A program made the translations under genes and the position numbers. A DNA stretch of 34,344 nucleotides, taken from a virus. This document shows positions 20,452-29,350 of this stretch, piece after piece. The first letter of the stretch is position 1, and each line of letters opens with the position of its first letter. The notes beneath the pieces are model-generated. The model saw only the letters and a list, made by a program, of their open reading frames with translations, made no database searches and was not told the DNA's origin. Location: IMG/VR virus record IMGVR_UViG_3300031994_000321; one strand, written 5' to 3'.

Positions 20452-21098
20452 ACGAGATATACACAAGGGTGTCGAAGGCCGGCACCAAGAGCGGAGAGCG
20501 CAAGATGACATTCGTGGCCAGCGATGCCACGAAGGACAGCTACGGTACCGTGCTGATGCCGTCAGGCTGGGATCTCGACCGTTTCAACAAGAATCCCGTC
20601 ATCGGGTATCAGCACGCGCTGCAGTATTCCGGTGATCCGGACAATGTCGTCGGCAAGGGCCGCGCATACATCGAGGATGACAAGCTGATGGTAGACGTCG
20701 AGTTTGAGCCAGCCGGAATGAACGAAAAGGCCGACAAGGTCTGGAAGAAACTTGAGTTCGGCACACTCAACGCCGTAAGCGTAGGATTCGTGCCCAGGGA
20801 AGGCCGATGGGGTGTCGGCGATGAGGCTCCGGGCAAAGCCAACGAGACCTACTACTATACACGGATGGAGCTGCTGGAGATCTCGGTGGTCGCCATACCC
20901 GCCAACCCGAATGCGCTGAAGAACGAAGCCGATCCCGAGACGGACCGACTCAGTGTTCTGCGTAAGGCTGCTCTCGAGGCCGAAGAGGATAGGAACAAAG
21001 CCAAAGATCTGGGTCACGACCCGGCCCCCTCCAACAGCTACGACCGTGACATCGCAATAGCAGAGGCGGAGTTGCTGCTTCTTGAAACAGAAAATTAA
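20448..21098 (+). CDS. Prohead maturation protease (HK97 family)
   Basis: FVASDATKDSYGTVL...NPVIGYQH...VSVGF...EISVVAIPANPNA. ATGA overlap with the portal gene. Confidence 0.85.
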   Translation: MNEIYTRVSKAGTKSGERKMTFVASDATKDSYGTVLMPSGWDLDRFNKNPVIGYQHALQYSGDPDNVVGKGRAYIEDDKLMVDVEFEPAGMNEKADKVWKKLEFGTLNAVSVGFVPREGRWGVGDEAPGKANETYYYTRMELLEISVVAIPANPNALKNEADPETDRLSVLRKAALEAEEDRNKAKDLGHDPAPSNSYDRDIAIAEAELLLLETEN

Positions 21099-21124
21099 CC
21101 AAAACCAATACACAACTACATCAC

Positions 21125-22297
21125 ATGAGAACAATTGTACAGATTCTCACAGACCTCAGAGCCAATGTAGAGGCTATGAAGTCTTGTGCCACCACTGACA
21201 CCGACGGCATGGCCGCTCTGATGGCAAAGGACAAGGCACTGAAAGAAGAACTCGCCGCTGCACGCGCAGCCGAGGAAGCTGAACGCCTGCTTGTAGCGCA
21301 GGAAGTACGGAAAGAGGCTAAGAAGGGCAACCGCTTCAGCCTTGCAAGATTTATCGCAGGAGTTGCCGACCGCCATCTCGAAGGTCTCGAGGCCGAGGTT
21401 GCCGAGGCCGGTGCCGCAGAGTACCGCCGCATCGGTCTCAGCCAGAAGGGTAAGGTCATCCCGTCAGCACTGCTCAGGGACGTTCACGGCCAGAACTTCG
21501 CCGATGATGATGAGGGTGGATACCTCGGAATCACAACCCTCCGTTATATCGAGGACGTGAAGGAAAGGCTTGTCGTCGCCGGTATGGGCGCTACCGTCCT
21601 TCCCGGTCTTGTCGGCCAGGTAAGCCTTCCCTCAATGGGCAGCGTTACTGCCACCTTCCTGGACGAAGGAGTCGCTTCGCAGACGAAAGTCGCTGATGTG
21701 GCAAACGTGGTCCTCACCCCGCGTGGCATTCGTGCCAGCATGGTAACGACACGTGACCTCCTCAAGCAGACAACCGTTGCCGTCGACCGCATCCTTGAAC
21801 AGCGCCTTGCAGATGCAGCCGCTGCTTGCCTCGACAAGGAAGCTCTTGCAGCCATCGTTACTGCCGCGACAGCTGCCGGCAGCTCTGTCACCTGGGCAAA
21901 CATAGTGGCGATGGAAACCGCCATCAATGCCGCCAACGCGAACCGTGGCAGCATGGGCTATGTCTTCACCGCCAACACCTGGGGCGCAGCCAAGACCACC
22001 CTCAAGAGCGCGGGAGTTGGCGGCTACCTCCTTGACATCGACGGAAAGGTCAACGGATACAAAGCTGATTTCAGCAACCAGCTGGCCAGCGCCGATGCAA
22101 TCTTCGGAAACTTCCAGGATCTCTATATCGGTCAGTGGGGCGGCATCGACTTCGTCGTAGATGAGGTCACCCTCGGCGACACCGGCGAGATCAAGGTCCT
22201 CCTGTTCAACTACGCCGACGCGAAAGTTGCCTTTGCCAAGAGCTTCAGCAAGATTGCAGCATCTGGCTCAGGCAGCGGCGACGGGCAGAGCGCTTAA
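21125..22297 (+). CDS. Major capsid protein (HK97 fold) with an N-terminal delta/scaffold-like coiled coil
   Basis: 390 aa. The N-terminal roughly 100 aa form a charged coiled coil. The C-terminal part contains GNFQDLYIGQWGGIDFVVDE, typical of HK97-family capsids. Confidence 0.9.
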   Translation: MRTIVQILTDLRANVEAMKSCATTDTDGMAALMAKDKALKEELAAARAAEEAERLLVAQEVRKEAKKGNRFSLARFIAGVADRHLEGLEAEVAEAGAAEYRRIGLSQKGKVIPSALLRDVHGQNFADDDEGGYLGITTLRYIEDVKERLVVAGMGATVLPGLVGQVSLPSMGSVTATFLDEGVASQTKVADVANVVLTPRGIRASMVTTRDLLKQTTVAVDRILEQRLADAAAACLDKEALAAIVTAATAAGSSVTWANIVAMETAINAANANRGSMGYVFTANTWGAAKTTLKSAGVGGYLLDIDGKVNGYKADFSNQLASADAIFGNFQDLYIGQWGGIDFVVDEVTLGDTGEIKVLLFNYADAKVAFAKSFSKIAASGSGSGDGQSA

Positions 22298-22308
22298 CCT
22301 ACCCCACG

Positions 22309-22833
22309 ATGGCTGAAACTATTAAGACAGACGAGACCGAACTGCTCCAGCTCCTGGGGTATTTCCGGAAACATCTGCGGCTGACAACCTCTGATGCGGA
22401 CGCCGACTTGAGGGCGAAACTCCTGTCGGCGCTCACATCCGTGGGGCGCGATGTCAACCGCATCCTTGTGGGCAGCACTGTGACGGTGACGGCTATGGCC
22501 GACAGCTTCGGCGGGCAGATCAAAATGACGCTCCGCGGACCCGTCCGTGAGGTGCAGTCTGTGTCTGTCGATGGAGTGGCCCTCGTGGAAGGTGAAGGAT
22601 ATTTCGTTCAGGGCAACAGGCTCAGGATCATCGGCGACTTCCGCGATGCTTTCATCGAGGTAATCTACAAGGCGGGGATAGAGCAACTGGCCGACACTGT
22701 GCCGGATATGTGGGAGGCGGTATGTCTGCGAGGCGCAGGTTCATACGCCAACCCGCTTGACTCGATACAGGAGAGGCTGCGTGCATCTGACATCCTCATC
22801 CGGTCATATCGCTATACCGACTGGCAATCATGA
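22309..22833 (+). CDS. Head-tail connector (gp6-like)
   Basis: The N-terminus ELLQLLGYFRKHLRLTTSDADADL is typical of gp6-like connector proteins. Position follows the capsid gene. Confidence 0.65.
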   Translation: MAETIKTDETELLQLLGYFRKHLRLTTSDADADLRAKLLSALTSVGRDVNRILVGSTVTVTAMADSFGGQIKMTLRGPVREVQSVSVDGVALVEGEGYFVQGNRLRIIGDFRDAFIEVIYKAGIEQLADTVPDMWEAVCLRGAGSYANPLDSIQERLRASDILIRSYRYTDWQS

Positions 22834-23159
22834 CGACCAATGCCGACATAGGAGCAATGGACACGCTCGTGACGCTGCAGTCGTGCGTCATCGTCCGCAA
22901 TAACCAGGGGGCCAAGGTGGATCACTTCACCGACTTCCGCAAAGTGTGGGCGAAGGTGGACCACAGCGTCGACGAGCAGGTGGCCTTTGACAATCTCGAG
23001 GCAGGGCACGTCATATACCTGACGATATACAAGGTGCCGGAGCTGACGACACGCTGGAGAGTGATCATCGACGACGCTCCCTGGCAGATCACGGCGATAG
23101 ACACTCTCGACAGGCTTTCGCCCATCTGCAGACTCACCGTTCAAGCCATATCGAAATGA
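22830..23159 (+). CDS. Head closure / head-tail adaptor protein
   Basis: 109 aa with VTLQ...NQGAKVDHFTDFRKVWAKV...W.I..., typical of the SPP1 gp16 / HK97 gp9 class. ATGA overlap. Confidence 0.7.
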   Translation: MTTNADIGAMDTLVTLQSCVIVRNNQGAKVDHFTDFRKVWAKVDHSVDEQVAFDNLEAGHVIYLTIYKVPELTTRWRVIIDDAPWQITAIDTLDRLSPICRLTVQAISK

Positions 23160-23665
23160 GTGCGACGATGACGATAGAAGGAATGTCGGACTGCCTGCGC
23201 TGGTGCGACAAGGCTCCGGAGGACATGGTGAAACTTGCCAAGAAAGCGATGCGCGAAGGAGGCAAGGCCGTCACCAAAGGTATGAGGCCGAAGATTGACG
23301 CACGATGGCGGAAGCTTATCAAGTACAAGGTCACCGGAGGACGAAACGACAAGGACCTGAACTGCGGCATCGGCCTGTTCAACGCCCACCAGCAGCAGGG
23401 CAAGCAGCCGGCAGGCTCCCCGGTCGACGACTGGTTTAAGGCTTACTGGAAGAACTACGGGACACTGACAAGGCGAGATCCGAACCATCGCTTCGACAAG
23501 CCCATCAAGCACGCAGGTACCGCCGCGGCCAGCCGCAGGCGGAACAATGTAGGCCAGCCGCATGAAAACTTCTTTGAAGGTGCGCTTGAAGGCTATGAGG
23601 ATGCCTTTTTCAACGCATTTGCCAGGACGATCGCAGAAAACATCGAAGACTGTTATGATAGATAG
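23156..23665 (+). CDS. HK97 gp10-like tail-attachment protein
   Basis: Size and position fit. ATGA overlap. Basic. Confidence 0.55.
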   Translation: MSATMTIEGMSDCLRWCDKAPEDMVKLAKKAMREGGKAVTKGMRPKIDARWRKLIKYKVTGGRNDKDLNCGIGLFNAHQQQGKQPAGSPVDDWFKAYWKNYGTLTRRDPNHRFDKPIKHAGTAAASRRRNNVGQPHENFFEGALEGYEDAFFNAFARTIAENIEDCYDR

Positions 23666-24005
23666 CGAGCTCATAGGTGATGCATTTGTGGATGCCGTCA
23701 AAGATATCGCCCCCTGCTTCCTTGCGGAGGCTGAGGCCGACGATTATCCCTTCATCGTCTACAATCAGACGATAGTCCCGCTAATGGGCAAGGATGGTGT
23801 CTGCGGCCTTGAGTCAAGCTTCGTGGCAACGATAGTATCCAACGATTTTGAGGAGGCGGAAGACATCGCAGGCGCTGTTGCCGCAGCAATGCGGACCGCA
23901 GAAAGCATGCAGCCGTATGCCGTCTACCCGAACACCATTAACCGCGATTGCACAAATAAGGTCTGGGAGATTGAACTAACCTGGACGATAAGACAACACA
24001 ACTAA
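23655..24005 (+). CDS. Tail completion/terminator-like protein
   Basis: The internal ATG at 23655 overlaps the upstream gene end. 116 aa, immediately before the major tail protein. Confidence 0.5.
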   Translation: MIDSELIGDAFVDAVKDIAPCFLAEAEADDYPFIVYNQTIVPLMGKDGVCGLESSFVATIVSNDFEEAEDIAGAVAAAMRTAESMQPYAVYPNTINRDCTNKVWEIELTWTIRQHN

Positions 24006-24023
24006 CGAATAACACATACTACT

Positions 24024-24437
24024 ATGCTTGAAGGATACAATGTAGCATTTCGCATCAACGGCAAGACCGTAGTGGGACGCACATCTGACGATCTCACTAT
24101 CGCTGCCAGAACCGTTGACAGCATCACTAAGGATGATCAGGGAGAAAGCCAGGAGTCCGTCACCGGGCATGATGTCACTTTCTCCGCAGCAGGAATGATG
24201 GCCGTCGGCAATTCTGAAACGGGCAAGCTCGATCGAGATGACATGATGGAGCAGGCCCTGAAGAAAGGGTCTGCCGCCGTCATCCCGGTGACATACGCGG
24301 CAGCTGGCGGCGACACGTACCAGGGCAACTCCATCATGACTCAATATCGCGAAAGCACGAATGCCACCGACATCGGCACCTGGAGCGCAGATTTCAAAAT
24401 TCAGGGCGAGTTTGCCAAAGTCAACACTAATCCGTAG
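24024..24437 (+). CDS. Major tail protein (siphovirus tube)
   Basis: 137 aa, beta-rich, immediately upstream of the G/GT chaperone pair. Confidence 0.75.
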   Translation: MLEGYNVAFRINGKTVVGRTSDDLTIAARTVDSITKDDQGESQESVTGHDVTFSAAGMMAVGNSETGKLDRDDMMEQALKKGSAAVIPVTYAAAGGDTYQGNSIMTQYRESTNATDIGTWSADFKIQGEFAKVNTNP

Positions 24438-24440
24438 CAG

Positions 24441-24758
24441 ATGGACCAGGTAAGAGATAAGCTCAGGATCGGCGGCGCTGAATATAGCGTCGCTTGCAAC
24501 ATGAACGCCCTTATGGGGTTTCTGGAGGATCGCGGGACTGATGACTTCGGGGCACTTACTGATCTTACAAAGCTCAAACCCACGGATATGCTGCCGCTGA
24601 TTGCGGCGTGTGTCCGCGAGGGCGAGAGGATTGAAGGCAGGCAGTGCAGTCTCTCGGCAAAGGACATAGGCGAGGTCGCGGACTTCCGCGCCCTCACAGA
24701 CTTTATGGAGATCTTCGGCAGGAGCATGGCACCGGCAGTCACGGTAGAAAAAAAATAG
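24441..24758 (+). CDS. Tail assembly chaperone (G-like, zero-frame product)
   Basis: 105 aa, between the major tail and tape measure genes. It ends VTVEKK* at an A8 run. Confidence 0.8.
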   Translation: MDQVRDKLRIGGAEYSVACNMNALMGFLEDRGTDDFGALTDLTKLKPTDMLPLIAACVREGERIEGRQCSLSAKDIGEVADFRALTDFMEIFGRSMAPAVTVEKK

Positions 24759-25156
24759 CGGCCACTGGAGGAACGGTCCCGACCTTCAGGATAGGCGACA
24801 TCAGGGGCAAGGCTCTCGGCCTGCTGCACATCAGCCGCAACGACTTCGGGCTGATGACCGTGGGCGAATACTGGGAGGCGTGGAAAGCCTATCAGGATGA
24901 GAAGCTGGCGGACCGCAGACATATGGGCGAGCTGGCGCGAGGTATGGCGGCACGCATCCTCAATCCCTTCTGCAAGGGGTCCATCAAGGACGTGCAACGC
25001 TTCTGGCCAATGCCCTGGGACGAGGGGGGGGCGAATGATGCTGAGACGCGCCGCATCAACAGCCTTCCAGAAGAAGAAAGACAACTACTGGCGCGGCAGT
25101 TCCTCGAAAGGATAGGTTTCAACTATGGCCAGCAAGACTCCGAATCTGAAAGTTAA
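24441..25156 (+). CDS. Tail assembly chaperone GT-like fusion via -1 programmed frameshift
   Basis: After a slip on A_AAA_AAA (24749-24755), the -1 frame stays open to 25156 (...IAATGGTVPTF...QQDSESES*) and overlaps the tape measure start. Confidence 0.7.
24749..24755 (+). promoter_or_regulatory. Slippery heptamer A_AAA_AAA for the -1 frameshift
   Basis: The zero frame reads gaA AAA AAA tag. This is the canonical X_XXY_YYZ pattern directly before the stop. Confidence 0.7.
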
Positions 25157-26810
25157 CGTCAACAGCGACACCTCCGGTTTTACAAAGGGGATGGCGTCTG
25201 CGAAGAAAGAGCTCAACGCTTTTGAGAAGACAAGCAACGACGCCCTCGGCAAGATAGCCGGGGCGCTTGGCATAAATACGGACCAGGTACAGAAACTGCA
25301 GGAGGCCTTCGCCGGTGCCGGTCGTAAGATATCGCAGATGGGCGGCGAGGGCAACAAGGCCTTGGGGCAGATCGTGGCATCAGCCGGCAAGGCGGCGACA
25401 GCCATCGGAGCCATCGGCATCGGAGCTGCCGTCACTGCCTTCAAACTTCTCAACGAGGAGGCCACAGCCTTCAAGAACACCGTAGAGGGCGCGAACATCG
25501 AACTGCAGACGCAGGCCTACCTCGATACATATCGGCAGTTCATGCACGATTACAAGTCGGAGACCGGCAAGACCCTTGCCGAAACCGAGGCCAGCTTCAA
25601 GAAGTGGTGGGGCAGGACGTGGCAGAATATCAAGACATTTGGCGTAATCGCCCTCACCCAGCCTCAGTTCGCAGGCACGAATACCCTCGCAGCGACCTTC
25701 TCGGCCGCAGCGGACGAGACACACAGGATAGCCCAGGAGGCGGAGTCAGCGGCAACCAATGCAGAAAACGCGGCAGGCGTCCTCTATGACCTTCAGCGCA
25801 AGCAAAGCGACAGCGCAAGGCGGTGGGCCGAGACGGAGCGTCAGATAGCCGAATTGAGACGCATCGCAAGCGACCAGGAAGAGAGCTCCCTGACAAGGGC
25901 CAACGCCATTGCCAGGGCAAAGGAGCTCACCAATAAGCTCTACGCCGAGCAGTACGACATCGCGCTGATGATCTCCAATATAACGGACCTCATCAGCGCC
26001 CAGGCCGGTGACTCTATCGCGGATGCGGATGCTGCCAATAAAGCCGAGGCGGATGCCCTTGCCATAGAGCAGAAGCGTGTTGAATCACTCCGCACCCTCG
26101 ACAAACTGCAGGCTACAATAACGAAGAACGCAGCAGCAGAAGCCAAGGCAAGGCAGGAGGCCGCGGAAGCCATAGCAAGGGGAGTGGAGCGTATGCAGGC
26201 GCTCGCTACGGGGCAGATAGAGCTGGCCGTCAGCGATGAAAGCAGGCAGGCTCTCCAGGGCTTTGCCACAAAGCCCGTGGAGGTTCCTGTAAGGCTCCAG
26301 ACCGAGCAGGTGGAGCGACAGCTCCTTGACCTCAATGATGTCGTCCAGACCTCAATTGTGGATGCCGTCGAGGGTATATCCGAGGCATTGGGTAACCTCC
26401 TCGGGAACCTTGCCAACGGCGAAGGAGGCGTGGCCCAATTCGGCCAGGATATGCTGACGATGTTCGGAAACTTCGCCCAGAAGTTCGGAAAGGTCCTCAT
26501 CGCCTTCGGCGTTGCAGTCGAAGCCGCAAAACGCTCAGCTGAAACATTCAATGGTATCGCGGCCATAGCCGCGGGTGCTGCCCTTGTCGTTGCCGGAGCA
26601 GCCGTCAAGACTATAGCGTCGAATATGGCATCCGCAATGGGTGGGGCGGCATCATCCAACAGCTATGTAGCATCGTCCAACATTGGCGGTGGAGGAGGAT
26701 ATTCAAACAGCACCCTCCAGGTTGAGGTCACCGGCACTCTCACGGCCAACGGCTCCCAGCTGGTGGCCGTACTCAATAATGAAAACAACCGCAAACATTA
26801 TACGACATAG
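25125..26810 (+). CDS. Tape measure protein
   Basis: 561 aa, Ala/Gln/Glu-rich coiled coil with a hydrophobic segment near the C-terminus (IAAIAAGAALVVAGAAV). In the canonical position. Confidence 0.85.
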   Translation: MASKTPNLKVNVNSDTSGFTKGMASAKKELNAFEKTSNDALGKIAGALGINTDQVQKLQEAFAGAGRKISQMGGEGNKALGQIVASAGKAATAIGAIGIGAAVTAFKLLNEEATAFKNTVEGANIELQTQAYLDTYRQFMHDYKSETGKTLAETEASFKKWWGRTWQNIKTFGVIALTQPQFAGTNTLAATFSAAADETHRIAQEAESAATNAENAAGVLYDLQRKQSDSARRWAETERQIAELRRIASDQEESSLTRANAIARAKELTNKLYAEQYDIALMISNITDLISAQAGDSIADADAANKAEADALAIEQKRVESLRTLDKLQATITKNAAAEAKARQEAAEAIARGVERMQALATGQIELAVSDESRQALQGFATKPVEVPVRLQTEQVERQLLDLNDVVQTSIVDAVEGISEALGNLLGNLANGEGGVAQFGQDMLTMFGNFAQKFGKVLIAFGVAVEAAKRSAETFNGIAAIAAGAALVVAGAAVKTIASNMASAMGGAASSNSYVASSNIGGGGGYSNSTLQVEVTGTLTANGSQLVAVLNNENNRKHYTT

Positions 26811-26812
26811 CT

Positions 26813-29350
26813 ATGGCATACGCTGCACGTTTCCGCTTTCGGTGGCGGTCGAAAAATGATAATATCTATCTAATCGAGATCCTGCAGAACGGATACAACG
26901 GCAGCGTCGTGCAGCGTCCCCTGGGAGGGGCTCCGCAGCTGCGGCGCGACAAGAACGGAGCCGTCTGCGGCACGTCTCTCGAGTTCCTGGCACAAGCCCA
27001 GGAAGACGGCGAGTTCGCAGTGCTCTTCACCTCAAACCCGCAGGCCTTCCGCGTGGATCTCTACCAGAACGGCACGCTGATATGGCAGGGCTTCGTAACT
27101 CCCGAGCTCTACAGTGAGCCATATATAGCCCCACCCTACAATGTCAAGGTGACGGCTACCGACAACCTCGGGGAGTTGAAGCTGTCGGACTACACGGCAC
27201 AGGGGCGCGTCAGCATCGCAACCCTGCTGTCATACTTCTTAGGCAAGACCGGACTCTCGCTGCCCGTGCATTGGCTGAACGCTATGCACCCGTCATCAGC
27301 GGCCAGCGTCACGGCGGCTGATATGGCGGCATCTACGACCGTCAACCTCGACCATATGGAAGGCGACACTTGCTATGACGTGCTTGCCAAGGTGCTCGAC
27401 ACCTTTCACGCCATAATCGTGCAGCACAACTGCCAATGGCTCGTCGTCCGCGAGACGGACCTTGAATACCTCCGTAACGGCAACACGATCACGGCCCCTG
27501 ACGGCAGCACCTTTGCCATCGGTGACTTCGGGTCAATGGCCAGCAAGGTATGGTGGCCTGTCGGATATCTCTCGCAGACCGTGAAGCCCGCCAAGAAAGA
27601 GAAGGTCATCAAGGCTCCGAACAACTGGCTGGAGAACCTCTTGCCCAAGACTGCGACATCCGTGCAGAATGCGACCTACGAGGATGCCCAAGACGGCACA
27701 ACACCCTACTACGAGCTTGTGCCGTACAGCGGAACTACGGTCCGCACATCTTCCGTGGCATTGTGGTCCTCCTTCTCGGAGTTCGTGCCGACGCACGACC
27801 TCACACTCTCGCTGACGTTGCAGACCTTCGGGGTCATCTCGGGTCATACCTACGGAAAGAAGTGCGCTGAGGTGAGGGTCTATGTCATCGGATCCGACGG
27901 CAGCAGCTACATCAACCGCTATGTCACAGCGACAGGCGAATACTCGTCGAGCGTGGCAGCGGCACTGAGCATCGACGGCACATACCGCGAAACGCCCGAG
28001 ACTTTCCACATAAACGTGCCAATCAAGTCACTGATGGCATCTGCAGGCTACAACCGCATCTACCAGATACAGGTGACGCTCGTCACCGTTTCGTCGGAAG
28101 ACTCAATCAGCCGGATCCGGCTGTTCGAGTGGGGGCTGAATTTGCCCGAGCTAAACAAGGGCTATCAGGTGACGTGCATCCTTGCCAACGGAGCCCGCGG
28201 AGCCGACAGCCCCGTCGAGATCGCAGTGGCAGACAACACGGAAAAGGCCCTCGAGGCGGTCTTTGTCACCAACGGCATGAAATATGACATTGCCCTGGGA
28301 GGCGCAAGCATCGCGCAGTGGGCATCCGGCAATGTGCCATCCTTACCCCTGCTTGAGTTTCTTGCCCGCGACTACTGTCTCAGCATAGCGACTCCGCGTC
28401 TCTATATGGAAGGCGTTATCAACGTTCCGGAAGGCGAGGTGCTCCCGCTGCTGTTCCGTGGTGGTGGCCTCATCTACTGGCCTGAGACCTGGAACTGGAA
28501 TCTGTTAGAAGATCGGCTGCTTGATATCAAGATGCTGTCTCTTCCGGCAGCAGCGGTCCAGGTGACAAGCGTGACCCGCCAGGCGCAGGGCTCTGATGGT
28601 ATGATCATCGGCGGCGAAAGCACGCCCTCTGCCGGAGGTGGTGGCGGTCAGGGCACGGTGACGAGCGTGTCCGTATCGATGCCGCCGCAGTTTGTTGTAA
28701 CCGGCTCACCCATCACGTCAGAGGGCACAATAGAGATATCGCTGAAGAGTGGGTATACAATTATCACAACTGAGGCGGAGAGAAAATTCTATGCAGCTTA
28801 TGAATCCGCGCACACCCATAGCAACAAGACGACGCTCGACAACATCACGTCGACGAAGGTGAGCAACTGGGATGATGCGGCGACAGCCAAGCACTCTCAC
28901 AGCAACAAGAGCATCCTGGACGGCATCGACGACAACGACATCGACAAATGGGATGAGGCTTATGACAAGGCGCACACCCACGGCAACAAGAGCACGCTGG
29001 ACAATATCACCTCGACGAAGGTCAGCAACTGGGATGACGCGGCGACAGCCAAGCATACCCATAGCAACAAGACGACGCTCGACAACATCACCTCGACGAA
29101 GGTCAGCAACTGGGATGACGCGGCGACAGCCAAGCATACCCATAGCAACAAGAGTTTCTTGGACGGGATCGACACGGCAGACCAGACCTTCGACGGCAAT
29201 AAGACGTTTTCCAAGAACGTCACCGTCTCCCAGAAGATGTCGGCTGCGGCTCTCGTCATCCCTGGCAGCGCACCCAGCGGCTCCTACGTCTCCACCTCCG
29301 AGTGGTATATCAGCATAGACACATCAGCAATCAGCGGCAGCGTAGTATAA
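26813..29350 (+). CDS. Distal tail / fibre protein with C-terminal HxH repeat stalk
   Basis: 845 aa directly after the tape measure gene. It has a Gly-rich linker (SAGGGGGQG) and then five 27-aa repeats containing H-[TS]-H-[SG]-N-K. Confidence 0.75.
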   Translation: MAYAARFRFRWRSKNDNIYLIEILQNGYNGSVVQRPLGGAPQLRRDKNGAVCGTSLEFLAQAQEDGEFAVLFTSNPQAFRVDLYQNGTLIWQGFVTPELYSEPYIAPPYNVKVTATDNLGELKLSDYTAQGRVSIATLLSYFLGKTGLSLPVHWLNAMHPSSAASVTAADMAASTTVNLDHMEGDTCYDVLAKVLDTFHAIIVQHNCQWLVVRETDLEYLRNGNTITAPDGSTFAIGDFGSMASKVWWPVGYLSQTVKPAKKEKVIKAPNNWLENLLPKTATSVQNATYEDAQDGTTPYYELVPYSGTTVRTSSVALWSSFSEFVPTHDLTLSLTLQTFGVISGHTYGKKCAEVRVYVIGSDGSSYINRYVTATGEYSSSVAAALSIDGTYRETPETFHINVPIKSLMASAGYNRIYQIQVTLVTVSSEDSISRIRLFEWGLNLPELNKGYQVTCILANGARGADSPVEIAVADNTEKALEAVFVTNGMKYDIALGGASIAQWASGNVPSLPLLEFLARDYCLSIATPRLYMEGVINVPEGEVLPLLFRGGGLIYWPETWNWNLLEDRLLDIKMLSLPAAAVQVTSVTRQAQGSDGMIIGGESTPSAGGGGGQGTVTSVSVSMPPQFVVTGSPITSEGTIEISLKSGYTIITTEAERKFYAAYESAHTHSNKTTLDNITSTKVSNWDDAATAKHSHSNKSILDGIDDNDIDKWDEAYDKAHTHGNKSTLDNITSTKVSNWDDAATAKHTHSNKTTLDNITSTKVSNWDDAATAKHTHSNKSFLDGIDTADQTFDGNKTFSKNVTVSQKMSAAALVIPGSAPSGSYVSTSEWYISIDTSAISGSVV
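28811..29160 (+). repeat. 81-bp tandem repeats encoding HxHxNK...LD.I...W units
   Basis: HxH codons start at 28811, 28892, 28973, 29054 and 29135, an exact 81-nt period. Units 1, 3 and 4 are nearly identical at the DNA level. Confidence 0.9.
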
